From the NCBI RefSeq assembly GCF_900199515.1, contig NZ_LT963433.1, positions 268,150 through 300,149 on the forward strand: a stretch of 32,000 bases of DNA, given 5' to 3'. The translations under genes and the position numbers were made by a program. This document shows positions 1-8,428 of the stretch, in pieces. The stretch is from Massilicoli timonensis (GTDB lineage: Bacteria > Bacillota_I > Bacilli_A > Erysipelotrichales > Erysipelotrichaceae). Below the pieces are notes generated by a model that saw only the letters and a program-made list of their open reading frames with translations, was not told the DNA's origin and did not search any database. Within the stretch, counting starts at the first letter, position 1, and every line of letters starts with the position of its first letter.

Positions 1-213
1 GGTGGACAAGCCTAGTATGTAGTCCGTTGATACCTTAAATTTCTTTGCCACACCTATGAGAATATCACTGCTGACCGTTCTTGTTTCGCCGCTGACAATC
101 CGGCTTAACTGGGAAGCGGAAACGCCGATCTTCTCCGCAAGTTCCTTTTGTGTGATGTGGTTTCTGTTGCATAAATCGGAAATCCGCTGTCCCGGTGTTC
201 TGGGTAAAGCCAT
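1..213 (-). CDS. XRE-family helix-turn-helix transcriptional regulator; N-terminal 71 codons only, continues past the window edge
   Basis: Absent from the ORF track because it is open at the window edge. The reverse complement of 1..213 starts at ATG (213-211) and reads MALPRTPGQRISDLCNRNHITQKELAEKIGVSASQLSRIVSGETRTVSSDILIGVAKKFKVSTDYILGLST. This is a classic HTH_3/XRE signature (Q-x-ELA-x3-GVS-x4-SRI-x-x-G). GGAGGAGG RBS (221-230) lies 7 nt upstream. Confidence 0.85.
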   Translation of the reverse strand, partial: MALPRTPGQRISDLCNRNHITQKELAEKIGVSASQLSRIVSGETRTVSSDILIGVAKKFKVSTDYILGLST

Positions 214-240
214 AGACAGGCACCTCCTCCGCATATCACC

Positions 241-313
241 ATTATACAGCATAATTGCAAAAATGCAATTCTCAAAGTGTAAACTTCATCAAAATGCAAT
301 TTTCGCAAAATTC
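241..313 (-). promoter_or_regulatory. Promoter of the XRE gene overlapped by palindromic operator-like repeats
   Basis: Minus strand reads TTGCAT (268-263), a 16-nt spacer, then TATAAT (246-241). The perfect inverted repeat AATTGCA-AAAA-TGCAATT (253-270) covers the -35 and spacer. The half-site AAAATGCAATT recurs at 291-301 inside the imperfect palindrome TGCAATTTTCGCA. Confidence 0.55.
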
Positions 314-560
314 CGGGGATTGTATTTTTTCGTGTAGACTTAAGGTAGTTCATCGATAAACAGCACCTTGAAAACAGAATGACCATCCGAAAAGAAATAT
401 CCGGCGGGGAAAACACGCAGAGAGCCGACTTCCGGCCAAAGTGCCCAGAGGTGGTTTCGGGACAAGTTGTCCCGAAGTTATGGGGAACGTGCCAACGCCA
501 GAAATCCTTTCGGGGAGAACAGCAACGGAGAACAATGGAGGGATGTATGATAGACAATCC

Positions 561-586
561 ATATAAAAAGAGGCTGCACGCCTCTT
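561..586 (-). terminator. Rho-independent terminator of the purine permease gene
   Basis: Stem AGAGGC (569-574) / GCCTCT (580-585) with loop TGCAC. On the minus strand it is followed by UUUUAUAU. It lies 11 nt after the permease stop. Confidence 0.75.
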
Positions 587-596
587 ATGAGATCGA

Positions 597-1919
597 TTAG
601 ATCAGAAATCCGAAGTAAGCGATAAAGATGATGACCAATACCCAAACGATCCAGTTCACTTCTTTGGCTTTACCGCTCGCTAACATTGCCACCGTATAAG
701 CGATGAAGCCCAAAGCGATACCATTTGAAATGGAATAAGTCAGGATCATCGCAATTACCGTAATGAAACCGGCTGTCGCAAATACAAAATCATCCCAGTC
801 AATACCGCCTAACTGCTGTGCCATCAGGATACCGACCACGACCAGCGCCGGTGCTGTTACCGCATTGGTCGCAAGTGATAAAATGATCGGTGAAATAAAG
901 ATCGACAATAAGAACATGATACCGGTCGTTACCGCCGTTAAACCAGTTCTGCCGCCAACCTCAACACCGGAAGTGGATTCCACAAAGGAAGTAACCGTAG
1001 AAGTACCGAGCGCCGCACCGGCAACCGTACCGATCGCATCCGCTAATAACGCCCGTTCGACATTATCCAATTCTCCTTTTTCATTTACCAGTCCAACGCG
1101 GTTCGCAACCGCAACCAGTGTACCTGCCGTATCGAAGAAATCGACAAATAAGAAGGAGAAAATAATGATAAACGCCTGTCCCGGATCCGCAAACAGTTCT
1201 CCAAAACCGTCCATAAATCCACCAACTGTATTCATTGAGAAATCAGTCGTGATGACCCCGTCGATCGTCGGCATACCTTCCACGCCCGCAAAGCCGCAGA
1301 TCAAGCCGATCAAAGCCGTGATCACCATACCGATGAAAACCGCTGCCGGCACTTTCTTTGCCAACAGTGCAACCGTAATCAAAATACCGAAGATCGCCAG
1401 CAGTACCGTTGGTTCTTTGAAAGAGCCGATACCGACAAATGTAGATTCATTGGCAATGATGATGCCGGCATTTTTTAAGCCGACAAATGCGATAAAGAAA
1501 CCGATTCCGGCGCCGATTGCCAGCTTTAACTGCTTCGGGATCGCATTGATGATCACTTTACGGATTCCGGTAACCGAAATGATGACAAAGATCACACCGG
1601 ATACAAATACCGCAGCTAATGCCGCCTGCCAGCTGAAACCGCCTACTAAGCAAACATTAAACGTAAACAGCGCGTTTACCCCCATACCTGCCGCAAGCGC
1701 AACCGGATAGTTTGCGATAAGCCCCATCAAGATCGATGCGAATGCCGCGGAAATGGCAGTTGCCATAAATACCGAATGCAGATCCATACCGGTCTGTGCC
1801 AGCATGCCCGGATTGACGCCCAAAATGTACGCCATCGCCAGGAAGGTGGTAAGTCCGGCAATGATTTCCGTTTTGACCGTCGTGTTCTTTTCTTTCAGAT
1901 GAAACAACTTTTCTAACAT
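597..1919 (-). CDS. NCS2/AzgA-family purine permease (adenine/guanine/hypoxanthine)
   Basis: 440-aa polytopic membrane protein. The N-terminus MLEKLFHLKEKNTTVKTEIIAGLTTFLAMAYILGVNPGMLA is characteristic of the PbuG/AzgA xanthine-uracil permease superfamily. Confidence 0.9.
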   Translation of the reverse strand: MLEKLFHLKEKNTTVKTEIIAGLTTFLAMAYILGVNPGMLAQTGMDLHSVFMATAISAAFASILMGLIANYPVALAAGMGVNALFTFNVCLVGGFSWQAALAAVFVSGVIFVIISVTGIRKVIINAIPKQLKLAIGAGIGFFIAFVGLKNAGIIIANESTFVGIGSFKEPTVLLAIFGILITVALLAKKVPAAVFIGMVITALIGLICGFAGVEGMPTIDGVITTDFSMNTVGGFMDGFGELFADPGQAFIIIFSFLFVDFFDTAGTLVAVANRVGLVNEKGELDNVERALLADAIGTVAGAALGTSTVTSFVESTSGVEVGGRTGLTAVTTGIMFLLSIFISPIILSLATNAVTAPALVVVGILMAQQLGGIDWDDFVFATAGFITVIAMILTYSISNGIALGFIAYTVAMLASGKAKEVNWIVWVLVIIFIAYFGFLI

Positions 1920-2138
1920 ATTCTACCTCTTTTCTGCCCTTTTCTTCTAAAACCCCTTTGATAAAAAAGACTTTTTCATTATAAAACAAATTTCACACAG
2001 TTTCAAATTTTTTTGAATTTTCTATGTATATTTTTTACTGCATGTTTCTGCAATTATGTGTTTTTTGTGTTTCTATTTCCGCTTTCATGGTAAAACAACA
2101 GAAAAACAGGTACAATAAGAACAAGAAATGAGGTATTT

Positions 2139-3389
2139 ATGGAAAATCAAGAAAAAGAAGCGGTGCTCGTTGTTCTCACTTCGCTGCAGGGAAAAGAAAA
2201 TACAGCCTATTGGGATGAATTTTTAGAGTTGGTAAAAGCGGCGGATATGGAAGTGGTCATGCACGCCAAACAGCATATGAAAACAGTGAACAGCGCGACC
2301 TATATCGGAAGCGGCAAGGTCAAGGAAATCAAAGAGATGCTGGAAAGCACTGCGGTCGATGTCGTTTTGATCGATCATGTATTAACACCTTTACAAAGCC
2401 GCAATCTGGAAAAGGCATGGAATCGCCCGATCATGGATCGCAATGCTTTGATACTGGAGCTTTTTGAAACAAGAGCGGTAACGGCAGAGGCCAAACTACA
2501 GATCGAAGCCGCCAAATTAAATGCGCTGCTGCCAAAACTGGTCGGTTCTACTTCCTATTTAGGCAGACAAAGCGGCGGCAGAAACAAAGGAGCCGGAGAA
2601 AAGCAGTTGGAGCTAGATCGGCGTGTCATCAAGCGGCGCATCGGTGAAGTGCGTAATGAATTAAAGAGACTGGAAAAACAGCGTGCCGTAAGAGCGGCAA
2701 AGCGGCAGCGAAACGATCTGCCGATCGTCGCTTTGATCGGCTATACCAATGCGGGAAAATCCACGATCATGAACCAGCTGCTCGCCCGCTTTCAGAAAAA
2801 AGCAGCGAAACAAGTGCTGGAAAAGGATATGCTGTTTGCGACCTTGGATACCAGCGTACGGCGCATTTCCCTCGACGCGCACCGGCAGTTTCTGCTCATT
2901 GATACAGTCGGTTTTGTCAGCGACCTGCCTCATGAACTCATCGAAGCATTTCATTCCACTTTAGAACAGATCAAAGAAGCGGATCTGTTGTTGCAGATCG
3001 TAGACGGCGCCAATCCCCATTATCGAGAACAGATGCAGGTAACAAGCGATACACTGCAAAAACTGGGTGTGGAAAATATCGCGATGCTTACCGTTTTCAA
3101 TAAAGCCGATCGGTTACAGGAAAAGCATCCGCGCTGTTTACGGGAAGATCGTGTCATGCTATGTGCGAAAGCGGAAAAGGACATTGATTTTCTATGTGAT
3201 CTCATCAGCAAACGCCTATATCCGCTGCATCAAAAATGGAAACTGAAGATCCCTTATGATGATGCATTGCTTGCACAGCTGCGCAAACAGGGAATCTTGT
3301 CTGAGATTCACTACCTTGATGACGCGATGCTGGTGGAAATCGATGCAGATGCAGAACGCATGCGCAAATGGGAAGCCTATCTGGCATGA
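2139..3389 (+). CDS. hflX: GTPase HflX
   Basis: 416 aa. N-terminal HflX domain, coiled linker, and G-domain motifs GYTNAGKST (G1), DTVGF (G3) and NKAD (G4). GAGG RBS before the ATG. Confidence 0.92.
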   Translation: MENQEKEAVLVVLTSLQGKENTAYWDEFLELVKAADMEVVMHAKQHMKTVNSATYIGSGKVKEIKEMLESTAVDVVLIDHVLTPLQSRNLEKAWNRPIMDRNALILELFETRAVTAEAKLQIEAAKLNALLPKLVGSTSYLGRQSGGRNKGAGEKQLELDRRVIKRRIGEVRNELKRLEKQRAVRAAKRQRNDLPIVALIGYTNAGKSTIMNQLLARFQKKAAKQVLEKDMLFATLDTSVRRISLDAHRQFLLIDTVGFVSDLPHELIEAFHSTLEQIKEADLLLQIVDGANPHYREQMQVTSDTLQKLGVENIAMLTVFNKADRLQEKHPRCLREDRVMLCAKAEKDIDFLCDLISKRLYPLHQKWKLKIPYDDALLAQLRKQGILSEIHYLDDAMLVEIDADAERMRKWEAYLA

Positions 3390-3417
3390 GTTTGATCTGA
3401 TCAAACAAGCACTGAAA

Positions 3418-3462
3418 TAAAAAGCGGTTTTCTGTTGATGATCAAAAGAAAACTGCTTTTTC
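3418..3462. terminator. Bidirectional rho-independent terminator between convergent hflX and purN
   Basis: Stem AGCGGTTTTCT (3423-3433) / AGAAAACTGCT (3447-3457, one G-U pair), flanked by an A-run on the left and a T-run on the right. Confidence 0.7.
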
Positions 3463-3471
3463 TATGCGAAA

Positions 3472-4068
3472 CTAACCCAAAGGAATCGTGCCGTCCGCGA
3501 TCTTTGCAACGATTTCCTTTAGAAAACGATGCTCTTCTTCCAATACCCGGGCTGCCAAAGTATCGGCATTATCATCTTCTCGCACCGCTACTTTTCTGAC
3601 TGCCACGATCTCGCCGCTGTCGTATTCCTCATTGACCCGATGAATGGTGATGCCGGTTTCGGTTTCGTGATTGGCAAGTACTGCTTCATGTACATGTTTT
3701 CCATGCATGCCCTTTCCGCCATAGCGCGGCAGCAGGCCCGGATGAATATTGAATACACGCCCATGATATGCCTTTAACACGGCTTCCGGCAGTTTTTTCA
3801 AATAGCCGGCTAAAAAGATCATGTCCGTATGATGATCTGCCAGCACCTGCAGCGTTTTTTCCTGCATTTCCGCTTCACCGCCGCAGCGCTTCGCACTGAT
3901 GTGATAAGTGTCGATGTTGTGCATTCTGCCCCTTTCCAAAGCATAGGCGTCTGAATTGTTGCTGATGATTGCAACGACCTTTCCGTTGATGATGCCTGCT
4001 TCACAGCCGTCGATGATCGCCTGTAAATCACTGCCGTTATGTGATGCAAATACACTGATTGAAATCAT
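3472..4068 (-). CDS. purN: Phosphoribosylglycinamide formyltransferase
   Basis: 198 aa. Motifs SGNGS-like ASHNGSDLQAII, NIHPGLLPRYGG and the C-terminal folate-binding region are typical of PurN. Confidence 0.9.
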   Translation of the reverse strand: MISISVFASHNGSDLQAIIDGCEAGIINGKVVAIISNNSDAYALERGRMHNIDTYHISAKRCGGEAEMQEKTLQVLADHHTDMIFLAGYLKKLPEAVLKAYHGRVFNIHPGLLPRYGGKGMHGKHVHEAVLANHETETGITIHRVNEEYDSGEIVAVRKVAVREDDNADTLAARVLEEEHRFLKEIVAKIADGTIPLG

Positions 4069-4076
4069 AGTTCCTC

Positions 4077-4811
4077 CTACTCTGCCCCTAAAATGGCTTT
4101 GGCCTCTGCGATCTGTTCTGCACTTGGCGCTGTCATTCCCTTTAAGCGATACGCAATTCCCAGTTTTTCATATTTGACTTCGCCCATCGTGTGATAGGGC
4201 AGTACCTCTACTTTCTCCACATTGTGCAGGGTATCTAAGAATGCTCTTAACTGTTTTAGCTGATCCTCCTCAGCCGTAATCTGCGGCACCAGTACATGAC
4301 GGATCCATACCGGCTTGCCCGCTTGGCTCAAATACTGTGCAAAAGCTAAGATCTGCGCATTGCCATGTCCGCTCAAAGCACGATGCTTCTGTTCATCGAT
4401 CTGCTTGATGTCTAATAAAAACAGATCGCATACGTGCAACAATTCTTCCAGCTTTTGCATGAATAGCTGATCCTGCTCATCAAAGCAGACACCGCTGGTA
4501 TCCACTGCCATATGAATGCCTTGTTGCTTTAACCGTTTTCCCATAGCGATCAGAAAATCCATCTGCATCATCGGTTCCCCGCCGCTGAAGGTTACTCCGC
4601 CGCTCTTGATATAATTGCGATACTTTAAGATCTCCCGCAGCAGTTCATCTGCATCCATCTCTTTTCCCTGCTCGATGAACCACGTATCCGGATTGTGGCA
4701 ATAGGCGCAACGCATCGGACATCCTTGTAAAAACACCACGAAACGAACGCCCGGGCCATCAACGGTCCCAAAGCTTTCCAACGAATGGATCCTTCCTTTC
4801 ACATCTCTCAT
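4077..4811 (-). CDS. pflA: Pyruvate formate-lyase activating enzyme (radical SAM)
   Basis: 244 aa. GRIHSLESFGTVDGPGVRFVVFLQGCPMRCAYCHNPDTW aligns almost residue-for-residue with the E. coli PflA N-terminus, including the CxxxCxxC cluster motif. Confidence 0.92.
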   Translation of the reverse strand: MRDVKGRIHSLESFGTVDGPGVRFVVFLQGCPMRCAYCHNPDTWFIEQGKEMDADELLREILKYRNYIKSGGVTFSGGEPMMQMDFLIAMGKRLKQQGIHMAVDTSGVCFDEQDQLFMQKLEELLHVCDLFLLDIKQIDEQKHRALSGHGNAQILAFAQYLSQAGKPVWIRHVLVPQITAEEDQLKQLRAFLDTLHNVEKVEVLPYHTMGEVKYEKLGIAYRLKGMTAPSAEQIAEAKAILGAE

Positions 4812-4843
4812 CTCCTCTTTTTTCTTTCGTGTCTTTGTTTTCT

Positions 4844-4872
4844 TATTGTAATATAAGCAAAGCGATTAGTCA
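4844..4872 (-). promoter_or_regulatory. Sigma-A type promoter for pflA-purN
   Basis: Minus strand: TTGACT (4872-4867), a 17-nt spacer, then TACAAT (4849-4844), about 30 nt upstream of the AGAGGAG RBS and ATG. Confidence 0.6.
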
Positions 4873-4927
4873 AAAGCATCACCGAAATAAAACACATCCA
4901 TACAATAGAGAAGAAAGGAAGTGAATC

Positions 4928-5998
4928 ATGCTTTTTTCCTGCGGTCCTTCTAAATGTGATAAAGCTGTATTAAAGAAACAAAGCAACCTCATGGTTCATC
5001 ATCGCAGTGCTGCCTTTTTAGAACTGTATGAATCTTTGATCGTGCAGCTGAAACAGCTCTGTGATGACCGCGAGGGTGAAGTGCTGGTATTAAACGGCAG
5101 CGGCTCATCTGGTATGGAGGCAGCTCTGTTGAATTTTTTAAGCAGCGGTGAGGAACTGCTGGTCATTGACAGCGGCCGCTTTGGAAGCCGCTTCGCGCTC
5201 ATGGCGAAACGCATGGATATGATCCCTCATCTTTATGATGTCAAGCAGCAGGGTGTTGTGGATACTGCCATGCTGGAACAAATGCTCAGCGCATATCCTG
5301 CAATCAAAGCGATCGCTTTCACTTACAGCGATACCAGCACAGGGTTGTTAATGGATCCCAAGCGCATCGGTGCCTTTGCCAGAAAACATCAGCTGCTTTC
5401 GATCATGGATGGGATCGGCGGTGTGATCATGAATCCTTTTTCCATGAAGGAAAGTCAGATCGATGTCTGCATCATGGCTTCACAAAAAGGTTTTTGGATG
5501 TCGCCGGGCTTATGTATGATCGCTTTGTCGCCTACTGCACTTACTCGTCTCAATCCACAGGCACCGACCTATGTGTTTCACTTTTATGAAATGCTGCAGA
5601 AGCAAAAACAAAATGCCCTTTTGCAATATACGCCGGCCGTATCGCTTTATTTTGCCCTGCATCAGGCGCTCTGCATCTTAAACAGCCGGCCGATCACTTA
5701 TTGGAATCAGTTTTATCAAAGGCAGTATGAGCGCTTATACACGATCATTACGGAAGCAAACGGCTGTATCAAACAAGCGCCTTCCCTTTCCCGTTCGGTT
5801 CTGCTCTTTACCACTTCTAAAAGCGCTTCCCGGCTGCAGCAGCGCTTAGAGCAGGAATTTCAGATCCGCATCGAACTGGGATTAGATGATCGAGAAGACC
5901 GCATTTTGCGTATCGGCAATATGGCGCGTTACAGCGAAGAAGAATTAAATGCCTTGGCACATGCGTTAAAGCTCTGCCTGCAAGAAGAAAACAACTGA
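4928..5998 (+). CDS. Class-V (PLP-dependent) aminotransferase, serine-pyruvate/phosphoserine aminotransferase-like
   Basis: 356 aa. Matches the class-V pattern: HHRS, NGSGSSGMEAA, TYSDTSTGL, D in IMDGIGG, and the PLP lysine in SQKGF. Confidence 0.8.
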   Translation: MLFSCGPSKCDKAVLKKQSNLMVHHRSAAFLELYESLIVQLKQLCDDREGEVLVLNGSGSSGMEAALLNFLSSGEELLVIDSGRFGSRFALMAKRMDMIPHLYDVKQQGVVDTAMLEQMLSAYPAIKAIAFTYSDTSTGLLMDPKRIGAFARKHQLLSIMDGIGGVIMNPFSMKESQIDVCIMASQKGFWMSPGLCMIALSPTALTRLNPQAPTYVFHFYEMLQKQKQNALLQYTPAVSLYFALHQALCILNSRPITYWNQFYQRQYERLYTIITEANGCIKQAPSLSRSVLLFTTSKSASRLQQRLEQEFQIRIELGLDDREDRILRIGNMARYSEEELNALAHALKLCLQEENN

Positions 5999-6025
5999 AT
6001 CCGGTCATTTTTCCTGCTTCTTTCA

Positions 6026-6054
6026 TTGCCATTTTACCGCTTTTTCTCTATAAT
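6026..6054 (+). promoter_or_regulatory. Sigma-A type promoter for pyrR
   Basis: TTGCCA (6026-6031), an exactly 17-nt spacer, then TATAAT (6049-6054), 30 nt upstream of the pyrR ATG. Confidence 0.7.
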
Positions 6055-6056
6055 GA

Positions 6057-6599
<543 letters not shown>

Positions 6600-6612
6600 A
6601 AAGGAGAAGGCT

Positions 6613-7653
6613 ATGAAAGAGATGTTTGATCGCACTTATGTGCTGACATTTGCGCAAAAATTATTAGCGATTGATTCTCCAAGCGGCTACACGCACCATG
6701 CGATCGCTTTTCTAAAGAAGGAAGCACAGACGCTTGGCTATAAGACCGCACTGAATGAAAAAGGCAACCTGCTCATCTATGTATCCGGTGCAAGCAGTGA
6801 GAAGACGATCGGTCTTAGCGCACATACAGATACACTGGGGCTCATGGTACGCTCGATCAAGGAAAGCGGCACCCTTGCCTTAACTACGTTGGGAGGGCCG
6901 ATCCTTCCGACACTAGATGGTGAATACTGCCGGATCATCACCAGGTCGAACAAGGTTTACAGCGGAACGATCTTGTCCACTTCACCGGCTACGCATGTAT
7001 ATCCTGATGCTGCAAGTGTGCCAAGAGATCTGGAGCATTTAGAAGTGCGTATTGATGAGATGGTAAAGAACAAAGAAGCAGTGAAAAAACTGGGTATTGC
7101 CAACGGCGATATCGTAGCGATCGATCCTAAGACGACCGTTACGGAAAACGGATTTATCAAAAGCCGTTTCCTCGATGACAAGATCAGCGTGTCGGTGCTG
7201 TTTGGAGTCTTGCAGTATCTGCGAAAGCATGATGTAAAGCCAAACTACGACTGTATCATCATGATCAGTACGTATGAGGAGGTCGGACACGGTGCATCCT
7301 GTATGCCAAAGGAAGTGAGTGAACTGCTGGCAGTCGATATGGGCTGTATCGGTTTAGATTTAGATTGTACGGAATATGATGTCAGCATTTGTGCGAAGGA
7401 TTCCAGCGGACCTTATGATTATGCGATGACTTCTCATTTGGTAAAGCTTGCGCAAAAGCACGATCTGCACTACGCGCTAGATATCTATCCGTTTTACGGC
7501 AGTGATGTTTCCGCGGCCCTGCGCGGCGGCAATGATTTGCGCGGCGCTTTGATCGGACCGGGCGTACATGCTTCACATGGCATGGAGCGTACGCATTATG
7601 AAGCGCTGGAACAGACGATGCAGCTTGTGCTCGCTTATCTTTGTGAAGCATAA
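6613..7653 (+). CDS. M42-family metalloaminopeptidase (glutamyl aminopeptidase / FrvX-YsdC type)
   Basis: The start was moved from 6565 to ATG 6613, which has an AAGGAGAAGG RBS 2 nt upstream. M42 motifs present: SAHTDTLGLMV, FLDDK, STYEEVGHGAS, AVDMG, GPGVHASHG. Confidence 0.88.
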   Translation: MKEMFDRTYVLTFAQKLLAIDSPSGYTHHAIAFLKKEAQTLGYKTALNEKGNLLIYVSGASSEKTIGLSAHTDTLGLMVRSIKESGTLALTTLGGPILPTLDGEYCRIITRSNKVYSGTILSTSPATHVYPDAASVPRDLEHLEVRIDEMVKNKEAVKKLGIANGDIVAIDPKTTVTENGFIKSRFLDDKISVSVLFGVLQYLRKHDVKPNYDCIIMISTYEEVGHGASCMPKEVSELLAVDMGCIGLDLDCTEYDVSICAKDSSGPYDYAMTSHLVKLAQKHDLHYALDIYPFYGSDVSAALRGGNDLRGALIGPGVHASHGMERTHYEALEQTMQLVLAYLCEA

Positions 7654-7679
7654 ATGGCAGTGATCCTGCCATTTTTTCT
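7653..7679 (+). terminator. Rho-independent terminator after the M42 peptidase gene
   Basis: Stem AATGGCAG (7653-7660) / CTGCCATT (7666-7673) with loop TGATC, followed by a T-run. Confidence 0.75.
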
Positions 7680-7714
7680 TTGATGCGCTCATATACTTCT
7701 TTGAGGTGAAAGAC

Positions 7715-8356
7715 ATGTTTGAAAGTGCATTGCTGATTTTTATAGCAGAGATGGCAGATAAAACGCAGTTTATGGTCATGGCGCTTTGTACGCAATATCC
7801 CAGCATGATCGTTGCGGTCGGCATGGCGATCGGCGCTGTTGTCATTTCGTTTTTATCTACCGGCGCAGCTCATTTATTGACCCATTTCCTGCCGCTTGTC
7901 TATCTGCAAGCAGCCGCATCCGGTTTGTTTCTCCTGTTTGGTTTTGCCTCTTTATGGATGCGCAAAGAAAAGGAACAGGAAACAAAGGGCAAAAGACGGT
8001 TCCCGCTTATTTCGATCGCATTTGGCTTTGTGATTGCCGAATTAGGAGATAAGACGCAATTATCGACGATCGCATTAGCAGCGCATGAATCGCAGCTAGC
8101 GGTGTTTTTAGGCGCTTCCTTAGGATTGATCGCCGCCAATTTACTGGCGATCTTTGCCGGAAAACTGTTGTTGAAAAAACTGGATCCGCGTTATCTCGAT
8201 CTTGCCGGCAGTATCTTGTTTCTATATTTCGGGTTTGCTTCCTTCATGGAATTAGAACTGATGTCTAAAAGCACATCGCTGCTCTTTCTTTTGTTGATCG
8301 TTTTCTTATACTGGACTTCCGCTCTGCATTTGTTGAAAAGAACTGATATTTCTTGA
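7715..8356 (+). CDS. UPF0016 / GDT1-TMEM165 family cation (Mn2+/Ca2+) transporter
   Basis: Two copies of the family motif E-x-G-D-K-T (AEMADKTQ and AELGDKTQ), one in each half of a multi-pass membrane protein. ATG 7715 is preferred over GTG 7706 because the GAGGTG RBS lies 7 nt upstream of it. Confidence 0.85.
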   Translation: MFESALLIFIAEMADKTQFMVMALCTQYPSMIVAVGMAIGAVVISFLSTGAAHLLTHFLPLVYLQAAASGLFLLFGFASLWMRKEKEQETKGKRRFPLISIAFGFVIAELGDKTQLSTIALAAHESQLAVFLGASLGLIAANLLAIFAGKLLLKKLDPRYLDLAGSILFLYFGFASFMELELMSKSTSLLFLLLIVFLYWTSALHLLKRTDIS

Positions 8357-8428
8357 AAAAGATTCATTCCTTTAGATGAAATCGGTTTTCATGTGGTATA
8401 ATACATCGCATAAAGGTAGGTGTATATT

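Noticed and set aside
379-600. 73-aa ORF on the plus strand in the GC-rich spacer (also the minus-strand ORFs 105..557 and 350..562, and the plus-strand ORF 56..337)
   Set aside because: None has an RBS, and the translations are not protein-like (Cys/Arg/Trp-rich). The plus-strand ORF 379..600 runs through the permease terminator hairpin and into the convergent gene. ORFs 56..337 and 105..557 overlap the real XRE CDS or its promoter.
763-1710. 315-aa ORF on the plus strand
   Set aside because: It lies entirely antisense to the purine permease gene. The product is low-complexity and P/T/A/S-rich, as expected from the reverse frame of a hydrophobic membrane protein. It has no RBS.
1920-2138. 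Expected a purine (guanine/adenine) riboswitch or PurR box upstream of the purine permease
   Set aside because: The reverse complement of the region is AT-rich. It has none of the conserved purine-riboswitch junction sequences or P2/P3 loop-loop elements, and no AWWWCCGAACWWT PurBox. Only a short TTCAAA-n4-TTTGAA inverted repeat is present.
3390-3406. Perfect palindrome GTTTGATC-T-GATCAAAC right after the hflX stop
   Set aside because: The loop is too short (1 nt) for an RNA hairpin, and there is no second copy in the window. It could be a protein-binding site, but nothing else supports that. The real terminator is the adjacent hairpin at 3418-3462.
7654-7714. Expected a yybP-ykoY manganese riboswitch upstream of the UPF0016 transporter
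   Set aside because: The gap is only about 60 nt and is fully occupied by the upstream gene's terminator and the RBS. There is no room for the four-way-junction element of about 100 nt.
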